A stretch of 64,000 nucleotides of DNA from Phoronis australis. Its lineage: Eukaryota > Animalia > Phoronida. Below, in pieces: positions 12,101 to 25,840 of the stretch. Numbering within the stretch: position 1 is the first letter of the stretch; each line of letters starts with the position of its first letter. The translations under genes and the position numbers were made by a program. The DNA lies in NCBI GenBank assembly GCA_002633005.1, contig NMRA01000481.1:124001-188000 (forward strand), given 5' to 3'. The notes below the pieces were generated by a model. That model ran no database searches. It saw only the letters and a program-made list of their open reading frames with translations, and had not been told where the DNA came from.

Positions 12101-15100
12101 AATTACACATGTGTATAATGACAGCCATATATGAAGGACAACGGTACATGCGCAAATAATTTCAGTTTAAAGTGAAGGGAATCATCTGACTATTGCTGAT
12201 CTACAGCTTTTTCTATTCAATTCTATATAATAGCAATCAATCAAATGTGCACATTAACTAATATATATAATAGCTGATTCTAAAATATATGTCCACATAT
12301 CGAGCTCAAATCCCACTGGAAACTGGTTCAGCACATCCATAATTTAAAAATTTAACATGTGGAGACAAGAGCTACCAAAAGTAACTATTTAGCATACAAC
12401 ATGGCGGACGAGTGAAACATTATCTTCTCAAATTTCTCAATAAAAATTGAAATTAAGAAAATTTCAGTCAATTGCTAGCTTGGTCTGTAGTTTGACAAAG
12501 TCATAAAGCATTATTTGGTTAATTTCTATAATTTGCTTCAAAGTAATCAGACTTAGAATAATAGAAGAAAGATAATGTGCAAGGGGGGATCTGCAATCAC
12601 CACAATCACTTGGCCCATTAATTACAATCCCTAAATATAAAACAGGGTCATAATATTCACAGTATTGCTTGTACAAAATGTCTGCAACAAAGGAAATCAA
12701 CATCGATTTGCGTCACACTTTACCCACATGGATGACTCAAGATGGAGATTAGGTATACATGGTCACAACTCCCATTCGGAAATTTCAATCATTAATTCCT
12801 GCCGGGAATCCAAAGGCTAAAATCAATATGCTTGCATAACACAGACGAGGTAAAGTTGTTACTCCTGGCTGACAAAACACATTCTTACTACAAGGGTATG
12901 GTTTGAAAATACATTTTGCTTTTTTGAAACGAACGATTTGTGAAACACAAGCATCGATTTTCCTATGAAATACTTCCAGCGCGTACATAAACGGGCACTC
13001 GTCACAGACACATCTTCATTTTCGGAGCGGCTATAAAGCCCCCTTCTGACCGGAGAAGTGGACTTCTGATTTGGACAACTTACCGCTATAAAATTAGACT
13101 CAACTTGTTGCTTATTCATATGAGAAGTCGTAGTCCTGGGTTTGCAAAGAACTGACAATTCGTTTTGCCTTGAGACCACGCCAGTCACATACTGTGAAAT
13201 GCCAAATAGACGAGCCAGGTCTGGAGTGATTACGGACAACTGAAATCATCCCCAATTTGACTAAGAAACAGATTGAGAGCAATTTCATAATGCATAGTGG
13301 TCTAAATCAAAAGTTGTTTTTTGTGATGAAAGGCGGATTTACTTGCCGCTTCAAGCAGTTTTTGCCAGCAAAACTGTAACTACACTTAAAAATCAAAAGT
13401 TACGATGATAATAATAATAGCTAAGTACTAATGACTTCAAGCCATATGCAAAGCTGTCTTTGAAAACCATTGTTTTGGTTCACGTTTTCAGGTGGAACCC
13501 TTTCTGATATACATCAAAAGTAAGCATTCCTAAATTCTAAGAAATATTACAATAAAGAATCGCCAGAACAGAGTTTAATGCTTGCTTCAACAGGAAAATT
13601 CACAGCCGCCAATTTTGATTTATTCTAGGTTGGGCGTTTGCAATTTTCGGTTGGCCCAATTATCAACGCTGGGACTAAATTAACACAACAAAATTCCTAC
13701 TTCTCACCCTTACTGTGTTCAGGACAATCACAAGACAACGTTCCAATCAAGTGTCAGCAATTTGGACAGCATGCATCCATCACGGCTAAAGACCATCTCA
13801 AAAGAATTATGACAAAGGTAAGCAGAAATCAATTATGAGGAATACGTCAATTCTCCACCAATTTTACAAAAAATAATCAATAAACCTGTGATTTTGCATT
13901 TTGCTGAACCTGATCACTTCACTGCAAGTACAAACCATTGTGAATAAAAGACTAAAATCATTCTATTTTGTGTTTTTGTGACAAAATAGAATTTCACTTG
14001 TTGGTTATTGTGTGCTAAACAAGTGAAGAACTCGACCATACTCCGATCTCACCTTTTTACACCATTACAACGAATTTAACTAATGTTTTTACAAAGAGAA
14101 TAAAAACTCAATACTACTATAACCACTTTTGTTTCCATACATTCTAGACTTTAGCTTTTTTCAAAGGTGGCACAAGATGTACACATTAGGCGCATGCTTT
14201 CTGAATAGCACCATCGTTCAGATCCATATTTGAGTACATTTCGGAAGTTAAGACAGATCGACCACAACAGGTTCCACTGAAACTATAACTCAACTCTGTA
14301 ATTGACCGATCGCAAGCTCCCCCCCTTGCGAAATGTTGACAAACAAACAATAAGTTTTACCCGGTAACGTGTTGTTTGTCGGGTAAAATGGCGACTTGGA
14401 AACGACGGTGTGTCAAGAATGCTGCCTTGTGATTGGTCACTAAGCCGTCATTCAAAGTGCTGGAGATAGGTCAATCGGTCAGAAATTGAAAGGAGTAGTA
14501 CCCCACCACCACCGTAACAAGAAAAACCCTGTACAAAGTTTGGTTAACAATTCCACTGAGAAGCAATTAGTGGACAGGAAACCAAACTGGAGAAATGGCC
14601 CCTGACAGGGAGTGTTGCTCAGGGCCATCAAAGGAATCCATTCTCACTGAACTGAAAACATGTGCACCTAATTCCATTGAATCTTTGAGGTTCCAATGAA
14701 AGTACATAAAGATACTGGACCTAGAATGATAACACCACAGTTTTACTGACCCTGACTTTCAAAGCACATAATGCTATAGTCAGAAATCAGACAGCGGAGA
14801 TGAATGCTAACATGGCGAATGTCATGGGGCTTTAGAGTACCTGTTGTTTTCTCATCAATTTCTAAATTTGCACCAGCAACATTCATTCTGTGTTACACGA
14901 CTTTGAATTCCCAAAGACAAGAAAATTTCCAAAATGGCAGTGATGTCCGATTTACAAACTGGTTAAAACGCTAATATTTTTGTTAATAACAAAAAAAAAC
15001 CCAATAACGTGGTAACTAATGTCATTTTTGCTGCTACCCCAAAACTGCTTACTTCAAGGGACATACATACCCAGGAGAAAGAGGACTTTGTTTATTGTCA

Positions 15101-17859
15101 CATCAATCAATTTATGGCAGAGAGATAATGGGTTTCCACATCTTTTTTGTCTTAAACATAACTGGAGGGGGGTGTGAGGAAACAAATCATCAACTATTTG
15201 CTGGCGAAAATGACCCTATTGCTGACAGCTCATCAAGCAGTCTCACTATCGTTTTAGCCAGTAACAGTGCAAGTAATTTCACCACTCATGTGATCCTAGC
15301 ATCTATTATATAAAACGCATCGTTCACACAAACTCCGTCTCCCCTCGCTCCACTACAGACTTTCGTTGTGACCGTTTCGGTACCGCCTTGGTCCACGGTT
15401 GTGCACAGGCCTTCTATTTAGATTCGAGGTGTTCTATTTTTTCTTGTCGTTTTTTCGCGGATGTGTAGGGAGGGTGGCCAGTTTCATACTGGCCTTGGTG
15501 ATGTCATGCCGTCGGCTAAATGGCCTGGGTGGCATCAATCATTCGGCTAAATTTCACTCCCTCCCGCCGGCTTCCCTTGCGTATATACTTCTTCGGGGCT
15601 GTTGCCGCCAAAATTCATGATGTCATTAAAAACAAAAAATTTTCCTTTAGTAAACTTAAATATTTACTGATGTTGAAAAAAATGATGTTCTACTGCTATT
15701 TTGCTGCTAAAATTGTAGTGCGCTCTTTTGGATCAGCATTCGGCGTCATTGTGTCACCTGTAGGCCAATTTCCCCAATTCTTCAATCCACTGTTTTTCTC
15801 TTCCACAAGGTTGCGTACATGTCATAACAATCGGAACTGGTTTCATGCCATTGCAAGATTTTAGTATTTTAATACCAAATTGGATTTGCTGTGAAGCTGT
15901 CAGATACTGCAAAATTTCAGTAGCAAATGACGCATGCCACGATTGCATTGTTTTCAAAACGACGACAGACTTTCTTCTTTACAAAATGCGGAGAATTACG
16001 CAAAAATGACGTTTCATAGATTTTTTTCACTTAAACGGCTGCAACGGGCAAGGTGAGTGTGGGTTGATTCCCAAAGACTCTGCATGCACCCCCCCCCCCC
16101 CCNCCCCCCAGTCGTGAGCTCTAAGTTTCACCACAACAGAGGTGACAAGCTGAGCTACCCGGTTGTGTAAAGTTTCGGTGTCTAACAGAACTCAACACAC
16201 AGCTACCTAGCTGTAAGTTGAGGATAGTCTTCAAATAGCTAGCTGGCTTTAACTTAAGTATGTAAATTTATGATGTGACTTTTATGAACACATTGTATAC
16301 TTTGTGTACAATGGCAGTACTTTAATGCTTCCTTAGTTTTCACTTCAAAGAATAGCTGATTACCATACACTATGTTACGGCCAGGTCAAATGTTCTGGAA
16401 ACAAAAAATATTTTTTCAGCCTGGGGAAAGAATCCCGCAGCCGCACACCATGCCGAAATCAGAAATTCTGATTGAAACTTTAAAATACAACGTTCTCTTC
16501 AAGAAATATCCCTGTCTCTTACAATGAACGCTAATGTTCACTTGAAAGTGTAGCTATTTCCCCAAGACATTTCCCAAACACTAGCTGCCACCCCTGCTCA
16601 ATGCCTCAGCAGGGGTAGCAGCTAGTTTGTTATTTAAATGACTATTAGAAAGCTAGTTTGTCTATCAAACCCGGGGCAATACATACCCACAGTGTATGTC
16701 ATACTGCGGTGACTTGCAATATTCAATAAGTTGAAGGGGATTTGCTGCCAAAGAGCAATAAATATAATTATAACACAGGGCTCAAAACAACCCTTAACCT
16801 AATGTCAACGCCACAAATGCCACAAGGCAAAATTCTCACGTTGCAAAATGGGAATTGACCTCCCAAATCATGGAAACTAATGAAAGTGGTGCCGCCTTAC
16901 TAAGCGGCATGCTCTCATCGTATAGCCCAACAAAAAAAGGGAAACATCGACTTCCCGTTCAGTATTAACCTCAGGAGGAAGCAGACGTCTTCAGCCAAGC
17001 AATTCTGATTCCCTCTGTTTACTTCCTGTTGTACTTTGAGCACTTCAGAATTTTGTAATTCCAATAGAGTTTGAATTTTTTGTTGTGGAGAACATAGCTT
17101 TAACAGCAGATTTTCTATGGAAGAGCTATACAGGTGAATTAAAGGTTGATAGACTTGGAAAATTAAGACTTGGGGCTGTTGTTTAAATTTATAGGTAACA
17201 GAAACGTAGCAAAAAAGGATCGGTATACTACAAATCATCTTTCGGACTGCAAGACACAACACCGAGACCTGTCAGTTTCAATGACGTGCGTACGAAATGA
17301 TTACAGTTGCGGGGTTCCAAAGTTCAAAGACACACAGGTAAATTAAACCTAATGTTGGAAATCTACTCAAACCAACAATAAGAAAAAGCGACATCCAAGA
17401 TGACCTTCAAAAGTACAAGAAAACACCCTTTTCAAAGTGTTTGGGAATTAGTCAGGTAGTGGCGGGGAGAATACTAAAATGGTAAAGTTTTTCAAATTCG
17501 AACAAAATAAATTGTCTCATTGTAATTTGTCTATTTTGTAAAACGTAACTGCCTTGTTAAAACAATAAAAATTTCATGAAAGCTGTATAACATAAGCCAT
17601 GTAAAAAAACAAACTAAAACTTTCGTGCTGCTTAAACTTCTTGAAAATTTGGTTAAAACGAAAGTCAACGTCAGTCGTGGCGTTCCAATCAGGAACACAT
17701 CTGTAAATTTTCATAATGATCCTCTAAGGGGTATGCCAGAAAGAGAAGTGAACACCAAAATACTTAAGCAAAAATAATAAAAATGGCCACAAAAATGGCC
17801 ACAAAGAGGCGTAAAATCCATTGAATCCATCAAAAAATGGAATAGCAACATCGTATTTT

Positions 17860-18130
17860 TATGGAAAACATACTTGCTAAATTTCATGTATAATCATCAA
17901 GAAACTCCGAAGATAAAGAGGCAACACTAAAAAAATAAAATTGCCACTAGGCGGCACAGCGGTATTCGAATCGTTCCGAAACTCGTCCTCATATGTTGTA
18001 AGCTACATAGGAACACATTTGCCGAATTTCAATAAGATCCTGCAAAGGGTTTAGCAGATACAGCTGCCGACGCCGGACGCCCAGACGCTGGACCCCCAGA
18101 CGGTGATGATGACAATGTGCACCAACATAT
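17860..18130. mobile_element. Dispersed repeat (unclassified), homologous to ~1200..1350
   Basis: AAATTTCATG...AAAAATAAAA..TGCCACTAG..GGCACAGC is shared with 1224..1306 and is followed by GGACGCCCAGACG-type short repeats. Confidence 0.55.
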
Positions 18131-20291
18131 AAATACGTGGGCGCATAAAAAGGGAAACGTTCTTCATTAGCACAGTTCATTAGTGTAACAGCAATAGTCT
18201 TTCCCATTCATGGTATATTAAAGCTGTGAGGTCCCCAGAGACAGAGATATATAACTTCGAATGCCAGTGAGGTTGACTACTAAGTTTATATAGAAATTTA
18301 AACACCCTAAAAATTCTTCAATTTGCAACAAAGTAATTGCCCAATTTTGTATTTTTCTACACATTCTACAAGTGATTGCATACATCAAAATGTCATCAAG
18401 TGTTGTTCAGCAAGAGTTCAACTGACCAAAATAAGCTCCATGCAAAAGTAAAACTTTCTCAAAATTAATCTGGTTTAGAAATCTGATAAACAAATTTTTA
18501 AGAGTTGGCCATGCTATGCCTAAAACTGTGCAGTTTTTACCGAACAAGAAGTAAGGCATGATCAATAACAGATATAATGATTCTAAATTTCTGGACCGGA
18601 AGAAATTACGCTGTGACTGAAATAAGAAAGATGGCATTTCATGGCACAGATCCATGGGGACTTAGTTGTCTTAAATCGGTTGCTTTGGGAACAAACAGGG
18701 TTGGAATGACTGAAACAATATACAAGGCTACTAGACACCAACACAAAGGGCAGCACAAAGCCACATCGTTGTTTTCAAAAGACTATTTCCCATACTGATA
18801 ATCATAGCGCAGACATACATCAGTTGGATGTTTTGATCAGATTTTGTTAAAGCAGCCATAAACCTTAATTCCATCAACGAAACTGCGGTAAAATCTCATC
18901 AATTTAGGACATACGGTAGTGGACGAGTGAAATTTTATTTTCCACTTTTTTAACGAAAGACAAGTTGCATCAAACAAATGCTTGTATCATTATCGAGTTT
19001 TAATACTATAGCTACTATAAGACAAGTTATTTTTGAGAAATTCTGAGCATTCACAACGAAGTTACATTAAGCTTTTGAGAACTGACTAAATTTTGGCTTT
19101 TACTTGTGTCCGGAAATTCGTGAGACTTTCCATAACTTTAAATTTAGAACATTTTTGCCACATTAAAACTGATCTCCTGTCTAAGATAAGAAGTGATTTC
19201 TGGCTTGCAAAACTGACTGTTCATCATATTTGTTTAAGACTGCTTGGCACATAAAAAGAGACACCATAACAAGTTAACTGGCAAAGCCTGGTCTCACGCA
19301 ATAAAGATCTGTCATTTCTTTTTAATTTCACATGTCACTTTTAATTTGAACAAGGAACGATTTCTACTTTCTATATATCAAGAAATCTAATTTTTCAAAA
19401 GAAATGTTCTTTTCACGCAGTTTTTAAGTCGCATCGTTTTTCCAACATCTCTACGTTCTCCTATTTCGAGTAATTAAATACTTAGCTACCCGAATACAGG
19501 TATTGATTGGACAGCACTGATTCAACTTTTGCACTGGCATTTAGCCTTAAGGCAACGTCTCCGAACTTCCAAGTTTTTAGACTTTAACTTCCAAGGCCAT
19601 AAGAAGCCAGGGGGACTGTCTAGCTCAGATTAAGCACCTAGGTAAGTACCCAAGGCATTAACCCAAACGTTTAAAACATAATTTTTAAGAGATCAACGTG
19701 CCATTAAAATTATTGCCTGGCTAGATATTCAAATTATTTAACCAAAAATGTCGTAAAATGTCCTCGAATAAAAGAATTTCCATTTCAACTTCGTCAACTC
19801 GGACCATCTTGAAAACCAGAATTATGGAAATGAGTGAGTCAAGTGAAATTCGCTTTCAAGCTGCAAAACTACTAAAAATCTACATGTCAAACGTTTGCTA
19901 TTTGAAACCATAGTATCAAATTCGTACCTGTGGAATTTCATTTGGATGTGCAGCATATCACTTTAAGACATCATAACACAATGACACAAGAAATACTTAA
20001 TATTCTCATCGAACTAAAAGCTAAGACATAAATCTCCCAAGGCTTTGAAATGACAAATTTTGAACTACGAACACAGCAATCATGTAAGATGGAAAAGGTG
20101 GCTGGCACGACTTAGGGTAAATAAAACAACTTTTTGAACAGTGTTGAGTCCACAACATTAGTAGGACATGATCATGGACCGACAATACAAGAGACAGTGA
20201 CTTAGTCAAAGTAAAAGCACTTGCTGTTTCAATTTTCATGACTTTCTCACTGACACTGGTTTACGCTTATTGACAGTCGGCCTTTAGTATA

Positions 20292-20466
20292 CACCTTATT
20301 CACGCAGTCGCCACTTTAAAAGTGAGCCTCTTTTTAGGTTTTAAAAACAATGCATTCCGCGCTTAATCATAGCACAAAGCATGATTTTTACATGTGCCTC
20401 AATATACTTATGTCTCAAATGCATTTTTAAAACCTAAAAAAGGCTCACTACTAAAATGGCAACTGG
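20292..20466. mobile_element. TA-flanked MITE, right end truncated (copy of 38373..38561)
   Basis: TA|CACCTTATTCACGCAGTCGCCA.TTTAAAAGTGAGCC ... GGCTCACTACTAAAATGGCAACTG, highly similar to the 38373 copy. Confidence 0.8.
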
Positions 20467-21288
20467 CTTTTTAGTGATAAACTTTGATTTCATAACAAAC
20501 ATTTTAAATCAATGTCAGACCTTTCAAAACAAATAACAGCTAGCTACCACTCCAAAAGTAATACAAAACATCAGAGTAAGGAGTAGATGCAGTCATGGCT
20601 GGTTTAAAAGTAACCTAATTGTCCTTGTTGGCCAGGTTCCAACTACGGTAGGTGCCAAACTGAGGCCAGTAAAGTTGAACATTGGTGTCAGACCATCATT
20701 GTAAAGGGACATGGTGATGCACCAGGGTTACCCATAATTCTGATATCATTTATGACAGACTAATTGCGCTAGAAATATTTTTGTTTTTGCTCGGGTCAGC
20801 GCGATTGAACAATGAAGATCCGTGTCAAAGAAATTAGCAAAAAGGTTTCAGGCGAGGCTATGATCTGCTCCCTTAACGAACAGTGCAGTCATTCATCAGA
20901 TACAGTACTCGTGGCTGATGCTGTCAAATGGTGAGTGTATAAGAATTCACATAAAATCATCTTTTAGATTGAACCGTCCAACAGGGAAAGTGAGACGTCA
21001 CCATTCTGAGGAATTCCGAGAGCTCATTTTCCAACTCTCCCTTTCCTACGGGAAACTACAAAGGGTCTAAAGATGGAACTGAAAAATTACTGTTTTGGAA
21101 AAAAATGCAATAAGTACGCTAATCTGTACGGATCACGGCAGCTGCAGAATGAGCTCCACATTTTAAAGTTATTTTTGTTGCGTTACCAGTCAGTAGTGTA
21201 ACAAACCATGCCCTGAAGTAACAAAATGTCAGTCAGTTTTCTCTTCCCGAACAGGGTCATGGCATTCTTCCCCTTTGAACTGAATATG

Positions 21289-21681
21289 ATTACATTACCA
21301 GGTACTAGATATACTGTGACTGAAGCTGGTTACATTACCAGGTACTAGACATACTGTGACTGAAACTGGTTACAATACCAGGTACTAGACATACTGTGAC
21401 TGAAACTGGTTACATTACCAGGTACTAGACATATTGTGACTAAAGCTGGTTACATTACCAGGTACTAGACATACTGTGACTGAAACTGGTTACATTACTA
21501 GGTACTGGACATAATGTGACTGAAGCTGGTTACATTACCAGGAACTAGCTGTGACTGAATCTGGTTACATTACCAGGTACTAGACATACTGTGACTGAAG
21601 CTGGTTACATTACCAGGTACTAGACATACTGTGACTGAAGGTGGTTATATCATCAGGAACTAGACATACTGTGACTGAAGG
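21289..21681. repeat. 40-bp minisatellite, ~10 copies
   Basis: Unit GGTTACATTACCAGGTACTAGACATACTGTGACTGAAGCT, head-to-tail with period 40 (TACATTACCA at 21291, 21331, ...). One copy has a 5-bp deletion. Confidence 0.95.
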
Positions 21682-23899
21682 TAACCTACCACGACTAGCA
21701 ACTAATAACCCCTGACACAGGTCAGTTTTTCTCAGGTTTACATAAATCTTTTTTTACCTGAGTGAAGGAACAAAATTGTACTGATTTTATACAGTAAATG
21801 ACCTGAATTGGGTTTTTGGCAGTGGTACAGGGAGGTATTGCTCTACTAAGCTTGAAAAGTTATGCAAAACATGATTTGCACGATTGAATACTGTTCCAGT
21901 CATGAGCACAAAACTTAGTTTGAAAAAGAGTTAAGTACCATATTTGACACCTCTTATCACTGAATGAACAAAAAACAAGACAGCAGATGTCAGAAACCAT
22001 TATTTATTTATTTACAGGCCCTAGATTTTGTGGCCAAATGAAAAATATTTAAAAATCATGCAAAATTCCCCTTAACAAAACCAAAAACTCTCCAATGACT
22101 ATAAAAATTCCCTTCAAGATTAGAATCACTTCTGCAAAACATTAGTTTTGGCGAACCATGGCATTGGTGGTGAGGGGTGGCGAGGAGGTGGATGGTGAGG
22201 GGATTTCATCTATCAGAAACCATAGGCAACTTCGCACTCAAAAGAGCGAGGATCCTATATTCACCAGCTGCAGATGACATTCAACATGGCGTCACTACTG
22301 GTGATTGGCATCTTTTCATGGAGTAGTACTTTCAGCTAATAGCCTCATGAAATAGACAGATAAGATTCTAAAAAAACTTCCTTGTCACGACAGCAATTAC
22401 CTTCCGCCAGGAAAATGAAACAAACAGGCCACACGCAGGAAGCATTCTAACCTTCCAAAATTGATTTGGCTTTCGTAATTGTTACACGAGCAGATGTCTT
22501 GAACAATCAGGACAGAAAGAATTGAGCTATAGTCGGTGTGATTGACAGCAGTTGGGTTGTAAAACAACTCATAACTGGCTAGGTTAGACTGCTGCATGAC
22601 ATCAACAGCTAATTCCAGACTAAGAATCGTGTATATATGAACAATGAGTATTTGAATGAAATGTTACTGATACAAGGGATAACTTCCACGACATCAAAAT
22701 TAATCTTTCACATCACAACAAAAAGTGTTGAGCTCCACTGTTAAATCCACATGTCTACTGCTTAGCTAACTGGTGATTTTAACTTTGATCCAAGCTCGAA
22801 CTTAACCTTTCACACTCTCGGAGTCGACCCTCAGCCCCTACCATTCAGTCATTGTGAAAGAACATTAAAGGGTTCACACTGACCTAACAAGCTCAGGAGA
22901 AAAGCACTCTGTGTCTAATAAAAATATCACCAGACCATCAAATGAAGTGGCTAAAGCAGATGACCCCAGCTAAAGTAGAAAAATCTGGGTGGCAGTGGTC
23001 TGCAGACAGTGGCGAAAGCAGTGATTAATGGAGTTGAAATTAAACAGAGTTAAATAGGTATATCCAGTGCTTGCTTCACCCCAAGTCCGTCAAATGCGAC
23101 TTCATAGAAATGCCAGGTTGCCAAACGAAACCTGAGGTTGTCAAAACTGGCGTCCAAATCATCAACCAAAAAATTTGTGCCGTACTACATTCTCAAAAAA
23201 TTACGCATTCCTCTTCCATTTCTTTCTGTAAAAATATGCACCATTCAATTCAATCTTTAACTCAGATCTTTCTGCCAATGAAGAACGCAGAAGATACATC
23301 AGAGATTTTCATGGTTCGACTTTGCCCGATGTTAGCCAATATTTTCGACTTCCGTCTGTTTACTTCCTGTTGTAATTTAGCACGTGTTTGATGTGTGCTG
23401 ACTACCGAGGGAGGGTGGCAAATGCACTAATTTCGCGAAATAAGCAGAATAATTGCGAACCAAAGGTATGGAATCCAATAAAACTAAAGTTTGGAAGTCA
23501 CACAAATTTTTTAACAAATTTTGGTGGATTTATTGTCTGACTTTGGTACTCCCTGTGGCGACTTCATAGCAATCGAGATCGCCAATTACAACCTGAAGTC
23601 ACAATGGTCGCCAAATCGAGCTGATATCCATAGAAATTCGTGAGCTTTAGAGTGTAGCTGGGGGTAAACATAACAATTAAAGGTACTCTCTCCTTTGCTT
23701 TCAATAGCTTGAAGTATAGGGTGCCCTCAGCCCTATGCTTTAAGCGAGCTATTGGGTAAAACATACATACCACATAAAACGAAGTGAGAATGATACTGGT
23801 ATGAATTTTACAAATGCCAATTAAATTTCAAACTAACTAACTTATATACAAGAGGAGCATTGATAATAGATGACAAAAATTAGTTGAACTTGTCTCATA

Positions 23900-24374
23900 C
23901 TGGGATTTTTCAAAGATAAGCCCACCTGATAAAATGCCCATGGGCGTTTATTCGGAAACTTATGCCAAATTAATGCACATGGGCGTTTATTTGGTGTTAC
24001 AACTTCTGGTGTCAGGTGTGCCGATAGTACGGCATTTATTTGGAAAAGTTCCTCTTAAAAGCCCCCTCAGCCTTAACTTCTAGTCACAAATTCAGTTATG
24101 TGGAGCACATATAAAAAGGGACAAAGTGCTGGCGAACTATGCATTTATTAACAAAAAATTTTATCACAGTTTTAAGTAAAAAATGTCACAGTCAGGAAAC
24201 CTCTTAATCTAGGCCTACGAGTATAAAGTATGTGCTGGCATTTGCGTAGCTAAAATTATGAATTTCCGTTAACACGCTCCCTTTTTCTGAATTAACGCCC
24301 GGGTGTTACTAAAATGCCTGAAATTTTTCAATGAACGAATACACGCCCATGGGCTTATCTACAGAAAATCACGG
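23900..24374. mobile_element. TA-flanked MITE (Tc1/mariner-pogo-like)
   Basis: TA|CTGGGATTTTTCAAAGATAAGCCCA ... TGGGCTTATCTACAGAAAATCACGG|TA imperfect TIRs, with internal ATGGGCGTTTATT / AACGCCC subterminal repeats. Confidence 0.65.
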
Positions 24375-24451
24375 TAGTTAATGAACACAGATGTTATATC
24401 TTGTTGATGCTCAGATCATCAAATTTATCATAAGATGACACCGCAAACATT

Positions 24452-24652
24452 GTATATATCTATGTATATGTATATAGATACATACATATATATATATATC
24501 TATGTATATGTATATAGATACATACATATATATATATATATATATATCTATGTATATGTATATAGATACATACATATATATATATATCTATGTATATGTA
24601 TATAGATACATACATATATACATATACATATACATATATATATATATATATA
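24452..24652. repeat. TA-rich compound satellite
   Basis: Repeated TATATATCTATGTATATGTATATAGATACATACATATA with variable (TA)n. Confidence 0.95.
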
Positions 24653-25661
24653 CAGTTGTACATGTATGTAGTATACTACTAGACATTTTTAAAATACAAA
24701 GTCATGTATATATATATACTTGGATAATAAATGAAATGGGTGCCAATTTGCTGTGGAATATTTGAACAAAATATTTAATACCAGACAACACACGATAGTC
24801 TTAAATGACAGTGACATCTCTAGGTCGGGTAACTTCGATGAAATACTGCAATCCAAGACTGAAGTTCCCTTCTACACTGAATATCACTCCCATCAACGTT
24901 AATGTGAAAGGTACTTTCAAGACGAAATTAAATCTTTGGCTCCTGAAGAATGGAACATATGCGATTTTGGCGCTCATATTTCCCAAATATAGACTTGGCA
25001 GTTCGTAAAACTGTCGAAAATCACTGTCAATGCCACATTTTCACTGTCCCAAACTGGCTGCATGTTGGCCCAGTTCGTTAGGCTTGTGGGCTCCCCATCA
25101 TGTGATACATTCACACTCCCAGCTTGCATGCCCTTCTACCTGCTGTCACCATTTACTTTACTGTTTATTTCGCTTCCAGGTTCATTTCACCTATTGACTG
25201 ATGATGAGACATGTGGTCTCGACAAATAGCAACTAATTCAACCTGTTTGTTCGTTATGTCTCTGTATTTTGCTTCATAACTGCACGCCTGAAGATAGAAG
25301 ATTTTATAGAGACTACAAAAGTATATATTACCCGTAAGCTGTTTAACAAAAAGTACAGTTGTGTCTTCAACCAAGATGGCGACATTGACAGACTGCTACC
25401 GAACTATAGTGTCCCAAACTAGAGAATTTTTATCGTACTCGATGGGAATTATAAATGATCATAGTTCAAACCTGATGCTTGTAATGAAATAATGCTTCAA
25501 CTAGTATTTTCTCTCATATTGATTTTGGCTTACACAATAACACGCCCGTTAATTCCAGTTTATTGAGTTCGGATTGCAGCAATTATGAATAAGGTATTAA
25601 TAAGTTAAAGCTGCACTTTGTATTGCCTAGCAGGCTAAAACGGAAATCAAAATAGGCCACT

Positions 25662-25840
25662 TACTCTCATAAAATCGGTCTCATAGTATTCCTTACTATG
25701 ATAAGATTCTGTTTCCGTCACCTACTCAATCCAAAAAGTTTATGGTTGGTCAACCTCAATAAACTTTCAGGATTGTGTTGGTGATGGAAACAGAATCTGT
25801 CCTGGTAAGGAATACCATGAGACAGATTTTATGAGAAGTA
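25662..25840. mobile_element. Near-fully palindromic MITE (~85-bp arms)
   Basis: TCTCATAAAATC/GATTTTATGAGA, GTATTCCTTAC/GTAAGGAATAC, AGATTCTGTTTCC/GGAAACAGAATCT and AAAGTTTAT/ATAAACTTT pair in nested order, with TA at both ends. The same terminus TCTCATAAAATC occurs at ~5322 and ~32109. Confidence 0.8.

Noticed and set aside
12859-13239. 126-aa minus-strand ORF with an internal GCG|GTAAGT donor as an alternative PLCL first exon
   Set aside because: No homology recognised, and the open frame meets the donor in phase 0, whereas PLCL exon 1 ends in phase 1.
21289-21681. 40-bp repeat array as a CRISPR array
   Set aside because: Units are head-to-tail with no unique spacers, there are no cas genes, and the context is eukaryotic intron.
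22397-22597. Minus-strand ORF ending at an AAG|GTAATT donor as PLCL exon 2
   Set aside because: No PH-domain-like sequence and no ATG-initiated phase-1 frame.
24460-24765. YIYI-rich ORFs (likewise 41630..41833 and 36369..36742)
   Set aside because: Microsatellite translation artefacts.
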